64,000 nucleotides of DNA from Naegleria gruberi. Taxonomy: Eukaryota. Below are positions 44,418 through 55,621 of this stretch, in pieces. Numbering within the stretch: position 1 is the first letter of the stretch; the number at the start of each line of letters is the position of its first letter. The position numbers and the translations under genes were made by a program. Location: the NCBI GenBank assembly GCA_000004985.1, contig GG738877.1; one strand, written 5' to 3'. The notes under the pieces were generated by a model. It made no database searches. It saw only the letters and a program-made list of their open reading frames with translations, and had not been told where the DNA came from.

Positions 44418-45613
44418 TTTTTAGTGAATTAAAGTGAATTTGATTTAAGTCCAACAGCAATCTTTTAACCTTGCAAAAAGCAAAAAGACAACAGCTACAT
44501 GATCGGGATTGAACTTACAGATGATAAAAGCTTAGTATGATGAAGTGTGTATGAAAATTCCAGTGATTGTATTTGAATGGAAGAAAGTGGAAGAGGACGA
44601 AAACTACCATAATTTCGAGAAGAAGCCATCTTTCAATTTTGCCATTATTACTATTCCGCCCAGTTACTAAAATTGAAATATTCCAAAATGATGATGAGCT
44701 AATTGAAATACTAACAGTGATGAGTTGAGGTATTTGTTATTAAACAACGCTACTAGGAGGACTTACAAATATTTTTGGAAATTTCTTTTCCTTAATAGAA
44801 ATCCAAAAACTAACTAGTTAGTTTTAATTTACATTCCAATGAAATAATGTAGTGTTGAGTATTAAATATGAACCGTTTGTACCGAGTGAAAATTTCAGCG
44901 GTCAATTCTCAACGATCTATTGTAAAGAGTAGAAATTACGTAATCAATGACATCACATTTTCTCTTCTTTCATCATCAATCTTACTTCATCCAATTCAAC
45001 GAACATTGAACCATCCACACAAAGCAACAAATCCAATTCGAAAGTTGTGTGACATTTAGGGCCAACATATTTTATGATTCCACAAGTTCAAACGAATTCC
45101 CTTCGAGAGAATTTATTGTATTCTCAGCATGATTTTGAAGATCTTCCGTGATAATACAAAGTTTCTAAAATATTCATCTTCTCACCAATAAACACAATTG
45201 TTATTTTAGTGAAATCGCAAAGCTCATTGAGGAAGGGTAAATAACGTAATTTATTGGTTGTTTTTAAAATGCAATTTAAAAATAGCATCAAGTGTTGCTT
45301 GCAATGTCGTTCGCATATGTTCTTCTCGCTCAAATCTATCTTGAAAAAAAAGACCAAAACTTCATACCCCCCAAAAGCTTCCCTGCCTTTTTGCAAGCGG
45401 GAACAAGGAACTAAATTGAACCTGAACAAACTGCAAATTCACAAATTAACTAGAAAAACCTTTTGGATTAAAATACGAGAATTGTTTGAACATCAAACTC
45501 ACTCTTGATTGTTACTTTTTGAACAATGCTAAATACTTCATAGTTATTCTCTTCTTTTCCAATCTCTCTCACAACTTTGTAAACACTCCGAACGATAACT
45601 CTCTCCAATAGAA

Positions 45614-47032
45614 ATGAATCCACAAAACAATAACTTATTTGATAATAATCCATCCACACCATCCACTCCAACCTCCTCCTCGAGGAAAGCCAATGGTAAC
45701 AGATACCGTCCAACTAATCTCATAATTCCAAGTGTAATAGATGAAAACCATGTTGTAACGGTGACTTGTTTAACAAACAATAGCTCTGTCACTAGTCACG
45801 GTAATGCCTCAATGACTCCTTGTGAAAGTTGTCATTCGAGTTGCCTTTCTAGTGTTTCCTCTCCTTCTCAAACTCCTTTTGTACAAACATCCACGCTTCT
45901 CAATCAACATGAGAAGGAATTCTACAACTCTATGGGTTTTGAACTGGTAAAATCTTCGGTAGCCAAAGGAATTACAAGTACCGTTAATTTGGTGAGAAGA
46001 ATTGCTCCATTTTCAAATTGCACTGAAGAAGAAGTTGTTGAACAAGAATGTGGTGGAGAAGCTGCTGTTTCCTCAATTCCAACCTCCTCGTCTGGTTCCT
46101 ACTCTAAACCAGATCAATATCCAATCTCTAATTCATCCCTCTCCCCTGATAACGAAGACTCCCAGGAATCTCTCTACGAAGAATCAACTCTCTTCGCTGA
46201 AAAGGTTATTAGTCTCAATTCTGAACATACCAATCACTCACTGACAGACATTGAGCGTGAAGAACGTTGCTTATTAAAGTGTACTTCTTCACCTTACATT
46301 GTCAACTTGTACAAATCAACTCGATCAAGCAAGTACCATCACCGTTTCTTCTTGGAATACATTGATGGGTGTACAATTGCAGATTTAATAGAATCAAGAA
46401 GAGATGCCATTTGTGAGAAGGAACTTGCCTTGATTGCTCAACAATTATTACGAGCTTTAGTATTCCTTAAAGAGAAAGGATTACTTCACAGAGATATTAA
46501 AAGCGAGAATATTATGCTCTGTAAGAATGGTTGTGTCAAGTTGATAGACTTGGGACTTGCCATCGAATTGGACCAAGTCAATAATAACCGAGTTACTTCA
46601 CCTCATTCCAGTTCTACCTCTACAGAACCAGAGTCAGTTATCACAAAAGGTACCTACTCATTCATGTGCCCTAACAAATTACTAACTGGCAAGGAAAGTT
46701 TTGAAAGCGATTTATATAGTATGGGAATGACTCTTTTGGAACTCTTCCTTGGTCATTTACCTTTCGAATTTGATCAACAAGCAAACACTGATAGTTCATT
46801 CCCATTGGCAGACATTGTATCATTCGATATCGAGGAATATTGCATGCCTCTTGTTGAATCTGGAAGAATGAGCAATGAATTGAAACATTTTTTGACTTTG
46901 TGCATGAACAGGGATTGTGAAATGAGACCACACGTCCATTCATTACTTTCTCACCCATTCCTTTCTCATACCTTTGAAATGAGTCATTCTGAATTGTGTA
47001 TTTGCTTGAAAAGGCTTTTTACAGAGCGATGA
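45614..47032 (+). CDS. Ser/Thr protein kinase (divergent; Ser/Thr-rich N-terminal half)
   Basis: 472-aa ORF. The catalytic loop is LLHRDIKSENIML. It also has DLGLA (a DFG variant), APE-like MCPNKLLTGKESFESDLYSMGMTLLELFLG, and a conserved LSHPFL at the end of the kinase domain. The N-terminal 220 aa are S/T/P-rich. No canonical Gly-rich loop was recognised. Confidence 0.7.
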   Translation: MNPQNNNLFDNNPSTPSTPTSSSRKANGNRYRPTNLIIPSVIDENHVVTVTCLTNNSSVTSHGNASMTPCESCHSSCLSSVSSPSQTPFVQTSTLLNQHEKEFYNSMGFELVKSSVAKGITSTVNLVRRIAPFSNCTEEEVVEQECGGEAAVSSIPTSSSGSYSKPDQYPISNSSLSPDNEDSQESLYEESTLFAEKVISLNSEHTNHSLTDIEREERCLLKCTSSPYIVNLYKSTRSSKYHHRFFLEYIDGCTIADLIESRRDAICEKELALIAQQLLRALVFLKEKGLLHRDIKSENIMLCKNGCVKLIDLGLAIELDQVNNNRVTSPHSSSTSTEPESVITKGTYSFMCPNKLLTGKESFESDLYSMGMTLLELFLGHLPFEFDQQANTDSSFPLADIVSFDIEEYCMPLVESGRMSNELKHFLTLCMNRDCEMRPHVHSLLSHPFLSHTFEMSHSELCICLKRLFTER

Positions 47033-47082
47033 AATAAAACTCAAAACAATTCTCAACAAAGCTGAGCGGTATTCTAAATTAT

Positions 47083-48126
47083 TTATCTGTAGAGTTGCAC
47101 TCTATTGTTGTAAGTGTCAGCCACTAGTAACGTCTCACTAGCATCATCAAAATAGACTCCATAGGGTTTTCTGAATTGAGAATTAGTTACTCCAAAAGTT
47201 CCAAAACTGTTTACAAACTCCTCCCTCTTACAATCGAAAAGTTGTACTCTGTGATTCGATTCATCTGCCACAAATATCAAACCTTTCTTTTTTGATAATG
47301 AAATTCCTCTTGGCAATTTTAAATTACAAAATGAAGAGCCTCCCTTACCAAATGATTTCTGGGAATATTCAAGATTATTTGATGTGATAGATTTTTTAAA
47401 TTTCACAATTCTAAGACAATGACCATTCATATCGCTCACATATAGAGATTTTGTAGAATCATCAAAATCTATAGCAAATGGTTTTCTGAATGGATTATTG
47501 TTTTCTAATTGTATATTTCCTATTCTGTTCACTTCTGTTCCATCTTTAGAATTCAACATTATTACTGACTCAGAGGAAGTGTCACAAACTAAAATTATAT
47601 TCGAATTATTTCTATATGAAACACACAACCCAGTTGGATATCCTACACTAATATATTTCCAATATGTATGGCCAGATTTAGTACCCTTACGTATCTTTAG
47701 TTTCAATACTTGATTCATAGAAGTTCCAACAATCAAGGCATCCCTTTCCTCTCCTTTTTCTACACACAACGACAATGGTTGACCACTTAGCAACTGGATA
47801 GTCTCCTCCAAAATCCTTGTCAATAAATTAAATCCCAATATTCTTCCATTGTAATAATCACCAACAAGTATCAATTGTGAAGAATGAGAAACTGTAACAC
47901 ACCAAGGACAAGATATCAATCCATCTCCAATCGTACCAACATATCGGAATCCAATTGCAGAAAGTGATCTCATCCTCGAACAGAGTAACTGAAATAATTC
48001 CCTATCATCAAATAAATGTTGATTACATTGTTTTAATGATGACGATGAATTAATAACTTTTTGATTTGGAATATTTGAATAATTTTCCTTCTGTTGCACA
48101 AAATCCACCAGAATAATTCTTGTCAT
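47083..48126 (-). CDS. NHL-repeat beta-propeller protein
   Basis: 347-aa intronless ORF. NHL-like repeats include YVSDMNGHCLRIVKF, IFVADESNHRVQLFDCKREEFVNSFGTFGVTNSQFRKPYGVYF and LLVADTYNNRVQLY. Confidence 0.7.
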   Translation of the reverse strand: MTRIILVDFVQQKENYSNIPNQKVINSSSSLKQCNQHLFDDRELFQLLCSRMRSLSAIGFRYVGTIGDGLISCPWCVTVSHSSQLILVGDYYNGRILGFNLLTRILEETIQLLSGQPLSLCVEKGEERDALIVGTSMNQVLKLKIRKGTKSGHTYWKYISVGYPTGLCVSYRNNSNIILVCDTSSESVIMLNSKDGTEVNRIGNIQLENNNPFRKPFAIDFDDSTKSLYVSDMNGHCLRIVKFKKSITSNNLEYSQKSFGKGGSSFCNLKLPRGISLSKKKGLIFVADESNHRVQLFDCKREEFVNSFGTFGVTNSQFRKPYGVYFDDASETLLVADTYNNRVQLYR

Positions 48127-48260
48127 TTTTTTTTGTAACTTGAAATCTTCTACTATTTATACCTTCTAGGTAAGTTTATTATCTTTCCTAGACAAATGTT
48201 AAGAAAATTGTTGTTACTCAAATACTACCAATCAAAGTGTTTACAATTTTTTTGAGATGA

Positions 48261-50792
48261 ATGAACTCTAAACAGCAAAAGGATTTGAAATTTATTTTTA
48301 GATCACAAAAAAATAGCACACAAATGACAACAGAAGCAACAACATTACTTCCTGATTATGTTTTGAGAGCCGAGTGTAAGGGACATATTGATCAGTGTCG
48401 TACGATTTGTGCTAATCCACTTGTGGATGGAGGTATTGTCACAGGATCATTGGATTGTACAGTGAAAACATGGGCTCCTAATCCAAATTATAAGGAGGAA
48501 CAAACTAATATCGAAAATACAATGTTTGATGGTGAGGAATTGAACAATGCTAGAAAGCAAAGTGAATATCAATGCTCTTTGACAATGGTTGGACACGAAA
48601 AATTCATCACATCTATTGATTATCTTCCTGATCATTATGTAGTTTCCGGATCACACGACAAATCACTCATTGTTTGGAATGTTGTTGATGGAACTCCAGT
48701 GAAGAGTTATCCAAATGCTCATAGCAATGCAGTCAGTTGTTTATCTGTTGACAAATATACAAACACTATAATTTCAGGTTCTTGGGATAAGTAAGTACTT
48801 TTAGTTTTTAAAAAATCGATTTATTCACACTTAACAGATCTGCAAAGACATGGCATTTTGATAAGGATGCAGCCATTTCCGAATTGAAGGGACATGAACA
48901 AAACGTTTTGTGTGTTCTAGGCTTACAAAATGGTATTATTATCACTGGTAGTGGCGATGGAAGTATTAAATTCTGGGAAAATGGAAAGGAAACTCGTGAC
49001 ATTGCTGCTGCTCATTCATCATGTGTTAGATCTCTCAAAGAATTACCAGGTATTGGATTTTTATCAGCATCAAATGATGGTACTGTTAAAACCTGGACTT
49101 TACAAGGAGATTGTATTGGACATATTCAAGCACACAATACATTAGTTTATTCTGTTGAAGTAGCACCATCAGGAGAAATCTTGACAGCCAGTGAAGATAA
49201 AACTGTTAAAATTTGGAGAGGTGATTCTTTGGTACAAACCATTGAACACCCAGGATGTGTCTGGCAGGTTGTTTGTCTTCCAAATGGTGATATTGCTACA
49301 GCTTGTTCTGATTGTGTTGCCAGAGTATTTACTAAAAATCCAGAAAAGGTTGCCAATCCACTAATTATTCAAAGCTTTAATGATAATATTGCAAATTCAA
49401 AGAAAAAGAAGAGTGGAGTTGATCCAACTAAATTGACTACAGAATTAGCCTTGCAAAATACAAAGGGTACATCAGATGGTGAAATCAAACTTGTCAATAA
49501 TAGTGGTATTCCAGAAGCTTATTCTTGGAATGCTGCTCAACAAAAGTGGGATAAACTTGGTGAAATTACAGATGGACCAGGTGTAGGAGATGGATTCTCT
49601 CAAAGAACTTTCTACAATGGTAAAATGTATGATTACGTTTTCGATGTAGAACTTGAACATGGAAGTGGAATGAAGACTTTCAAACTTCCATATAATAAGG
49701 GTGATAACCCATATTTTGCTGCTCAACAATTTATTTGGGATAATAATCTTGGACAAAACTATTTGGAACAAATTGCTCGTTTCGTTATGGATAATGCTGA
49801 TGCTCATGATACTGTACCATCAGACTTTGTTGCTGGAGATCCTTATACTGGTCACCAAAGAGAAACTTTCGCTGCCAAGCGTCCAGGTACTGAATCAAAC
49901 CCAACTACTTCCTCTCCATTCTCTCAAGAACAAGATAAATATCAAAAGGAATTAGAAGAAAGAGAAAGACAAAAGAAGGTCAAACATTTCCCAGCTACCA
50001 CCAAGGTCTTTGATCAAGCCAACTATGATGGTATCCTTAAAAAGCTCAATGAATTTAATGAAAATGTAAAGACATCTGATGCATCTCTTGCTCTCTTACC
50101 AACTGAATGCACTACTTTGACACAATTATGTACAATTCTCAAGGCCGGTCAAGGTGAAAAAGTCACTTTAGCACATGTTGCTGTTGTTGAAAAAGATGCT
50201 TAACTGGCCAATTGAAAAAGTTTTCCCAGCTGTAGATTTATTCAGATTATTGATTTTAGCCAACCCAGTTGCTAATCATTACTCTGAACAATATAAGAAT
50301 GGCACCAATATTTTGATCAAATTGGTAACCTTGTGCTTTAACCCAACAACCACATACGCTGCTTTGAAGATGCTGGCTTTTAGAGCTTTAGCTAACATGT
50401 TCTATACACAACAACTTAAATTCATTATTTCCAAGCATGCCCAGATCGTCATTGACAATGCTGCTAAATCTGTTGATACGACCAATGCCAACATGAGAGC
50501 AGCCTATTCATACTTTTTGCTTAATACTGCTGTCAGTATTCACACAAACACTCAATCAGATGCATTGAAAGAGAAACTCTTGGCCTTAATCATCCAAGGT
50601 ATTCCTGATGAAACAGATCACAATATCCTGTATGACTTGTTGTGTGCTGCTGGTACAGTTTTGACAGGAGCTAGCGAATCTATAAAGGCTATTGGAAAAC
50701 AACACATTCAGACATTTGCACAAAAATCAGCCAATCCAACAGCTAGAGTAGCAGCTGCTGCTTTCCAAGTTGTTTCCCTGTTAAACCAATAA
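48261..50792 (+). CDS. PLAA: Phospholipase A2-activating protein / Doa1-Ufd3 homolog (WD40 - PFU - PUL); exon 1 48261..48790, exon 2 48838..~50172, then a +1 frame change into 50175..50792
   Basis: Seven WD repeats. The signature GSWDK|SAKTW is split by a 47-nt GTAAGT..AACAG intron. The PFU domain reads KLPYNKGDNPYFAAQQFIWDNNLGQNYLEQIARFV. The PUL/ARM domain reads MLNWPIEKVFPAVDLFRLLILANP...., in a different frame. The human alignment [24 protein letters not shown] versus EKVTLA-[H/Q]-LLLLKKMLNWPIEKVFP is gapless only if one nucleotide is removed near 50170-50176. Confidence 0.8.
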
Positions 50793-50836
50793 ATTGTACA
50801 TTTACTCATTATCTTTATTTTGGAAGATAATTTAAA

Positions 50837-52196
50837 TTATTCGATTCTCAGTAAATACTCTGATTGAAAAGCCATTGTTACAAAATTTAGATCCTTGTCA
50901 GCTTCAGCTGTTTTCCCAATTCCATTAAGCAATTGAGATCTAAACTCAATTAACGTTAGGAGTTTGTATTCATTTTCAACTGCAGATCCATCAATATTCT
51001 TAATTCCTTGATCAACAATGGAAATAGCGTCTTCAAGTGAATTTGAAGAGCATGCTTGTGTAATGTAAATTGTATAATTTTTTGGGTATTTCTTGCTTAA
51101 TTCCTCTAATTCTTCCTTGAATTTTTGTTTCGAATAGGCTTTATAAGGATTATTCCTTAGCATTTTTTCCAGAGCCGAGATTCGTTCAACTTCCATTACT
51201 TCCACCTGATCAGGGTTTGTGACAAATTTCAATACTGTCTCACTATCTTCCACAATCTGAGCGTAATTATCCGTTCTAGCATTTGTAGACATTCTGTTAG
51301 AGTAAACAAGTATATAGTTAGAGCAATTTTCAACAGCTTTACCTAAATATTTAAGTGCTGTTTCAGATTCCGTGTTAATATAACAACATCCAATATTGTT
51401 ATAGCATAGTGCTCTTCCCACCTTGAGTATTCTTTCTTTATGCTCTGGATAGTAAAAATTTGGAACATTACAACCATTTTCCAAGCTTGTGATTGCATTT
51501 TCAAATTCTTTGATTGCATCAGCATATAAATCAATATCCATCATAACACAACCAGCGTTGAAGATTGAAAAGAATGGTGTAAAAATATCAAACAATGAAT
51601 ACATTGTTTCTGCCATATTTCTTGATATCGAATAAAATGATTGATAATATTCCAATACTGTTTCCTTTTCAATTTTAAAAGCACTCAAATATAAATCTTT
51701 AGATTTTCTATAATTTTGTGCAACCTATTATTATTTAATTTCAATATGAAAGTAAATTAAAAACTGTTGTAATATTATATACATACCTCCTCTATATATC
51801 CATCACATAACAAAGTCCAAAATGGATGTCCTCTACAAACGAATTTTGTGATCGTGACAGCCCGAAGCATTTCCTTTTGATTACTTGTCTGAAAATACAG
51901 TAGTGCTCTCTTATAATAAGCCTCTATTAAATTAATAATAATACCAATATAATTCCTATCATCACTCCGAACTAAAACTAACCTGGTTGGAATGGGCATA
52001 AATCAATAGCCTTCAATAATTCATCATGTGCTGCTTTAAAATTCCTTTCAAACCGAACGGAATCAACAGAAATCATCACTTGACGATACTTTTTTCCGAT
52101 TTCTATTAATTCCTCCTCTTTCCAATCTTTTAGAGATGGTGCTCCATTGATCAATCCAGTTTCAGCGATTGGAGGAGCCAATCCAATGTGTTGCAT
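50837..52196 (-). CDS. TPR-repeat protein; exons 52196..~51986, ~51985..51787 (frame change near 51985), 51724..50837
   Basis: The N-terminus is MQHIGLAPPIAETGLINGAPSLKDWKEEE, followed by the TPR-like motif RFERNFKAAHDELLKAIDLCPFQP. The next TPR helix, NYIGIIINLIEAYYKRALLYFQ, is in another frame and lies within ORF 51775..51999. A 62-nt GTATGT..AATAG intron then joins to VAQNYRKSKDLYLSAFKIEKE.. in ORF 50837..51688. No canonical intron explains the first frame change. Confidence 0.6.
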
Positions 52197-52250
52197 TTTT
52201 TTTAAATAAATATTAGAAAATATATGTTGTAAATTTTTATTATTTAAAGA

Positions 52251-55200
52251 TTACAATAAATGAGTGATTACTTCCTTGCCACTTCCCTTGATGAGTAATA
52301 TTTTGGAGGAAATATTTTGAGTGAGATGTTTCAAACATAGTACATAATCCAAATTTGAAAGATTTGATGTTAATGAGGGAAGGTTTACAATGACAAGTTG
52401 TGTATCTTTTGGAGTGGAATGTTGTCGAATGATGGTATTGATTCTTGATGAGGTATTCAAATAGTCAGTAATGGTCAGGTTGGGAACATTCGAATATTGA
52501 GTACTCAATTCGTCAGTTGGGGTTGTTGGATTATTTTCAATATTAATGGAAACTTCATCTGCATTTTGTTGCGGTGTCGATGGAAAATTGAAAACCAGAG
52601 AATCTAATCCTTCATGATACGACATGGATCTCACATCTCTAAAGATGGACTTGTTAATTTTGCTTGAGGGTTTCAACATTCGTTCTCTTTCTCTTTGGTC
52701 ATGTGTCACAACGAATGGAGAAACATCGTGTGGTCTCATGTAGAGAACGTGACACTCTGCTTCAAATCTTAAATGATATAGGATATCGTGAACTCCTTCC
52801 TTAATCATTTCTAAACTAGAAGTATCATCAACAACAGTATAGATTCGTATTTTGCACTTTCTCCAAACTTTGTGTTTTTGGAGTAAGAAAGTTATGAGTA
52901 ATTCGAGTCCTCCTTCATAAATAATCCAATAGAGATCTATGAATCCACATTGTTCTTCCTCTCCAAATTCTCCCTTAGCTATAATAACAGCTTTTCTACT
53001 AATTTCTGCGTATTTTAACATTTCAACAAAGTTTCTAGCACTGATCTTGTCATCACTCATTGGGAATCCAGAAACAATTGTATTGGGAGTTAGAGGACCC
53101 AATCCACAATTCTGAATCAAATGATTGATACCCTCCTGAAAATTCTTAGCCACAATGACTTGAGAAAATCCAGTAATTGACTTCTCTTTCATTTTCAGGG
53201 AAAGGGCAAGTTGTTCCTTTCGAGCAATCTTGAACTTTTTCTTGTAATTTCCTTCAATGATGGCTGCAACTACACACAGACCTTGTCCCTTCTTGAGTTG
53301 GTTTGCAACATTGAGAATATCAGCATGTGAAATGGTATTGTTTGGAAGAATCTTTACGAGACACAAGAGTTGAGGTCTCCAATTCGACTTCTCGTGATAG
53401 GAACTGGTGGAGGAGTTAGGGTTTGTTTCACATGAATAGAGAGCATTGAGGGCAGTTTGCAATTTAACTCCACTCATAGCATCGCCAAATGCATTGGTTT
53501 CATTACTGACCTCAATAAGAATGTACAACAAGAGGCCAATGATGGCACATAACAGAGTCCAATACCATCCAATTAAAAACATGCAAATAGCACATACAAA
53601 GAATCCAAATACCCCTAACGACCAATGATAATACATCCACCTAGGCCTCCAATTAGGGCTAATACTGGCAACAAAAGTCGAAATATTGAGGAAAGCAAAT
53701 GAGAAGAGAATGAGCATGGCAATAAACGTTGAGATACTTTCCAAATTACCTAGAAAAAGGGGGATGATAGCAAGGAGAGCAGAAAATAAAGTAGCCTTCC
53801 TCATATTCACTGAACCCTTGCTTGTTAAATAGTGCAATGGAATGAATGAAATAATATTCTCGTCAACAATGGCTTGTACCACTCGAGGTGCAACCACAAG
53901 AGCTTGGATTCCTTCTCCCAATATTGCAATCAACATGCCAACTTTTACAATATAGGTTCCAATCGATAAACCAAAATCTGGAAAGGCAACCAGAGCAAAA
54001 TAAGCTGTATTCTCTCTCATCTCATCTCTCTTTCCAACAAAGCTCAACAGAATGAAAATTAGTACATACACAAAAGTGGAGGTAAGCAGTGAGGCAATAG
54101 TTCCAATAGGAATATTTCTTTGAATATGTTTAACATGCCCTGATCGATTGATTCCTGCCAAAATTCCAACTACACTTGGAAATATGACAGCCATCACTGA
54201 AAAGAAATCTTGTCCATGCTGGAATTGAGGTGGAAAATTTGCAACAAAATTATTCCACTTTGCTGATGTTATATGATATTCTGTTTTGACAGTTACAAAA
54301 CATCCAATGATAAATAACAGAATTGTAATGAATGTTGCAATAATAAAGATCAATTCAAATCTTACAACATGTCTGAAACCAATGAAAACAAGTAGGAATA
54401 TTAAAAATAGGAATCCAATGGCTAGAATAATTAAATCCCAGTAAGGATGTTGTAAATCAGAATCTATCATTTTGAAATACGGATAGTATATTCTGATGGT
54501 TGACATTAATAAATCTGCAGCTGCAAATGAGTGAAGGGACAATAGGAAAATGAAACCAACAAAATAAATCAGACCCAAACTTCCAGCAAATTGATTTCCA
54601 AGCACTCTTGACATAATGGCTATCGTTCCACCAGATTTTAACAATCCATTTGTAACTACACTTGTTAAGCTTAACCATGTTAATATAGCACAAATTACTG
54701 ATATGAAAATATACAAGAGGGAGAATGCCAATCCAGCATTTGCCAAAATCCAAGGTACTTTCAAGAAAAGAATAGTACCAAGCACTGAAGAAATGCAAGG
54801 AATATAAACTCCCTCAATTAGTCCATACTTTTTCTCTTCTTTTGGTTTGGTATTTGGTGAAATAGCAGCAGTACTGGAAGAAGGAGGAATTTGATTGGAA
54901 GGAGATGTTATCGATTCTTGTTGTAGAGAAACCACAGAACTTCTTCTCTTTTCCAGAGTTTGAGACATTCTCGAAAGTGGATCAGTGGAAATAATTTCAT
55001 TGAGGGTACTTTTAGATTTTTCATCTTGTAAAATGTTTACAATAGATGGTCTATTGTAAAACCCTTTCATTTCTTTGTCCAAATTTGAAATAGGTATAAT
55101 ATCGCTTTCCTTAAAACTTGTTTGGGAAATTGCATCCTCATCCTCTGTATGTATAGATAAATCATCACCACCAGAAATTACATTATCTAAATCCCACTTT

Positions 55201-55535
55201 TCCATCAAATCAGTTGTCTTTACACTATCAGCATCACTCAAATTCTCCGATTGTGAATAATCAGTACTAATCTGATTTGGTGGAGGAGAGGGTATTCTAA
55301 CATTTGATTCTTCATTCCATCTCAAAGATTTAGAACCAATAACAGGTTCTGCACTCGTTGCCTCGGCCTTTCTTAAAATCGATGAAGGGGAAGGCCTCAA
55401 AGTGTAACTATCCAATGTATTGTTATCAATTACATTGGTATTATTACTCTCATGAATCTGGGCAGAGTTTATCAAGTCTGGTGTGCTAATCGACCGTCTG
55501 TGTTGATGGATTGGTTGAGGTGATTGTGGCTGCAT
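52251..55535 (-). CDS. SLC12 cation-chloride cotransporter (KCC/NKCC-like)
   Basis: 1094-aa intronless ORF. It has a Ser-rich cytoplasmic N-terminus and 12 TM helices. Conserved SLC12 blocks include GTILFLKVPWILANAGLAFSLLYIFISVICAILTWLSLTSVVTNGLLKSGGTIAIMSRVLGNQFAGSLGLIYFVGFIF. The large C-terminal cytoplasmic domain is typical of CCCs. Confidence 0.85.
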   Translation of the reverse strand: MQPQSPQPIHQHRRSISTPDLINSAQIHESNNTNVIDNNTLDSYTLRPSPSSILRKAEATSAEPVIGSKSLRWNEESNVRIPSPPPNQISTDYSQSENLSDADSVKTTDLMEKWDLDNVISGGDDLSIHTEDEDAISQTSFKESDIIPISNLDKEMKGFYNRPSIVNILQDEKSKSTLNEIISTDPLSRMSQTLEKRRSSVVSLQQESITSPSNQIPPSSSTAAISPNTKPKEEKKYGLIEGVYIPCISSVLGTILFLKVPWILANAGLAFSLLYIFISVICAILTWLSLTSVVTNGLLKSGGTIAIMSRVLGNQFAGSLGLIYFVGFIFLLSLHSFAAADLLMSTIRIYYPYFKMIDSDLQHPYWDLIILAIGFLFLIFLLVFIGFRHVVRFELIFIIATFITILLFIIGCFVTVKTEYHITSAKWNNFVANFPPQFQHGQDFFSVMAVIFPSVVGILAGINRSGHVKHIQRNIPIGTIASLLTSTFVYVLIFILLSFVGKRDEMRENTAYFALVAFPDFGLSIGTYIVKVGMLIAILGEGIQALVVAPRVVQAIVDENIISFIPLHYLTSKGSVNMRKATLFSALLAIIPLFLGNLESISTFIAMLILFSFAFLNISTFVASISPNWRPRWMYYHWSLGVFGFFVCAICMFLIGWYWTLLCAIIGLLLYILIEVSNETNAFGDAMSGVKLQTALNALYSCETNPNSSTSSYHEKSNWRPQLLCLVKILPNNTISHADILNVANQLKKGQGLCVVAAIIEGNYKKKFKIARKEQLALSLKMKEKSITGFSQVIVAKNFQEGINHLIQNCGLGPLTPNTIVSGFPMSDDKISARNFVEMLKYAEISRKAVIIAKGEFGEEEQCGFIDLYWIIYEGGLELLITFLLQKHKVWRKCKIRIYTVVDDTSSLEMIKEGVHDILYHLRFEAECHVLYMRPHDVSPFVVTHDQRERERMLKPSSKINKSIFRDVRSMSYHEGLDSLVFNFPSTPQQNADEVSINIENNPTTPTDELSTQYSNVPNLTITDYLNTSSRINTIIRQHSTPKDTQLVIVNLPSLTSNLSNLDYVLCLKHLTQNISSKILLIKGSGKEVITHLL

Positions 55536-55621
55536 CTTTTTCTGTTTATTTTTTATTATTGGAAAATTGCTTTAAATGGTTGGCGCCAAATGTTATTAAA
55601 GAAATTGTAAAATGAAAAAAA

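Noticed and set aside
44680-44730. Possible box C/D snoRNA (two UGAUGA boxes: aatgatgatgagc ... cagtgatgagttgagg)
   Set aside because: No CUGA D-box lies within 60-100 nt downstream and no terminal stem was found. The matches are likely chance in AT-rich sequence.
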